A stretch of 64,000 nucleotides of DNA from Octopus vulgaris (Eukaryota): the NCBI GenBank assembly GCA_951406725.2, contig OX597823.1:35650001-35714000 (forward strand), in the 5' to 3' direction. Shown piece by piece: positions 63,620 to 64,000 of the stretch. Each line of letters starts with the position of its first letter. Within the stretch, counting starts at the first letter, position 1. The notes below the pieces were generated by a model, which ran no database searches, was not told where the DNA came from, and worked only from the letters and a program-made list of their open reading frames with translations. The position numbers and the translations under genes are program-made.

Positions 63620-64000
63620 TCTTTATATATAAAAGTGAGGTTGTGTGCTGTCTGTCTCCTACGATTTAGATTCCTAACTACTCCCACATTCTGCGGTGCA
63701 GTTTAACCAAAACCGGGTATCTTATAGTCGTGATTCATATCGAGCCCTTCTGGGTATTAGCGCGCGTCTACGATGAGTCTACGATTTTAAAAAAAAATTA
63801 CCATCAATTTTTCCCATTTTTTAATGCATTTTTGGCATATATAAGGGAAGTAACTCTCTAAAAATATATTATTAAATCTCAGAACGTAAAAAGCTTCAGT
63901 AACACCCCCTTTGTGGTTAGCCATATTGAGATGGCTATTATACTTTACATCTCTAAAAATGCTTATATAGTTATTTCCCTTACAAACCCGAGCAACGCTG
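63620..64000 (+). mobile_element. Non-autonomous Helitron-like element, 3' end cut by the window edge
   Basis: Begins A|TCTTTATATATAAAAG followed by a short (GTCT) run; ends in CCCGAGCAACGC.G, the start of a typical subterminal GC hairpin. Confidence 0.65.

Overview
Repeat-dense, AT-rich eukaryotic DNA with no host gene I can support. The SINE repertoire and microsatellite load suggest an octopod cephalopod (inference). Conventional content: many (TA)n/(AAT)n/(GATA)n/(GAA)n tracts, which explain most ORF-track entries; three tRNA-derived SINE families; a full-length decayed Tx1-type LINE sitting in (GATA)n; several R4/Dong-type LINE pieces in (AAT)n; Hero-like, RTE and Penelope-like (PLE) remnants; Tc1/mariner elements; Helitron-like ends. 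Two things stand out. (1) A hammerhead-ribozyme (HHR) system: a ~354-bp tandem array (38580-40555) whose five units each carry a decayed type I HHR at the same position, resembling a non-LTR retrozyme. There are also at least seven dispersed minimal HHR motifs in short non-coding elements, mostly next to (TA)n. Some show U3-A8 core covariation, and some fold-back junctions fall at the HHR stem III palindrome. (2) A very young 4.4-kb LTR element (54681-59053) with near-identical LTRs, a tRNA-Leu PBS and a PPT. Its interior is one open ~652-aa frame retaining only vestiges of Gypsy pol, with the RT catalytic core missing. Boundaries of decayed elements are approximate and were read by eye.
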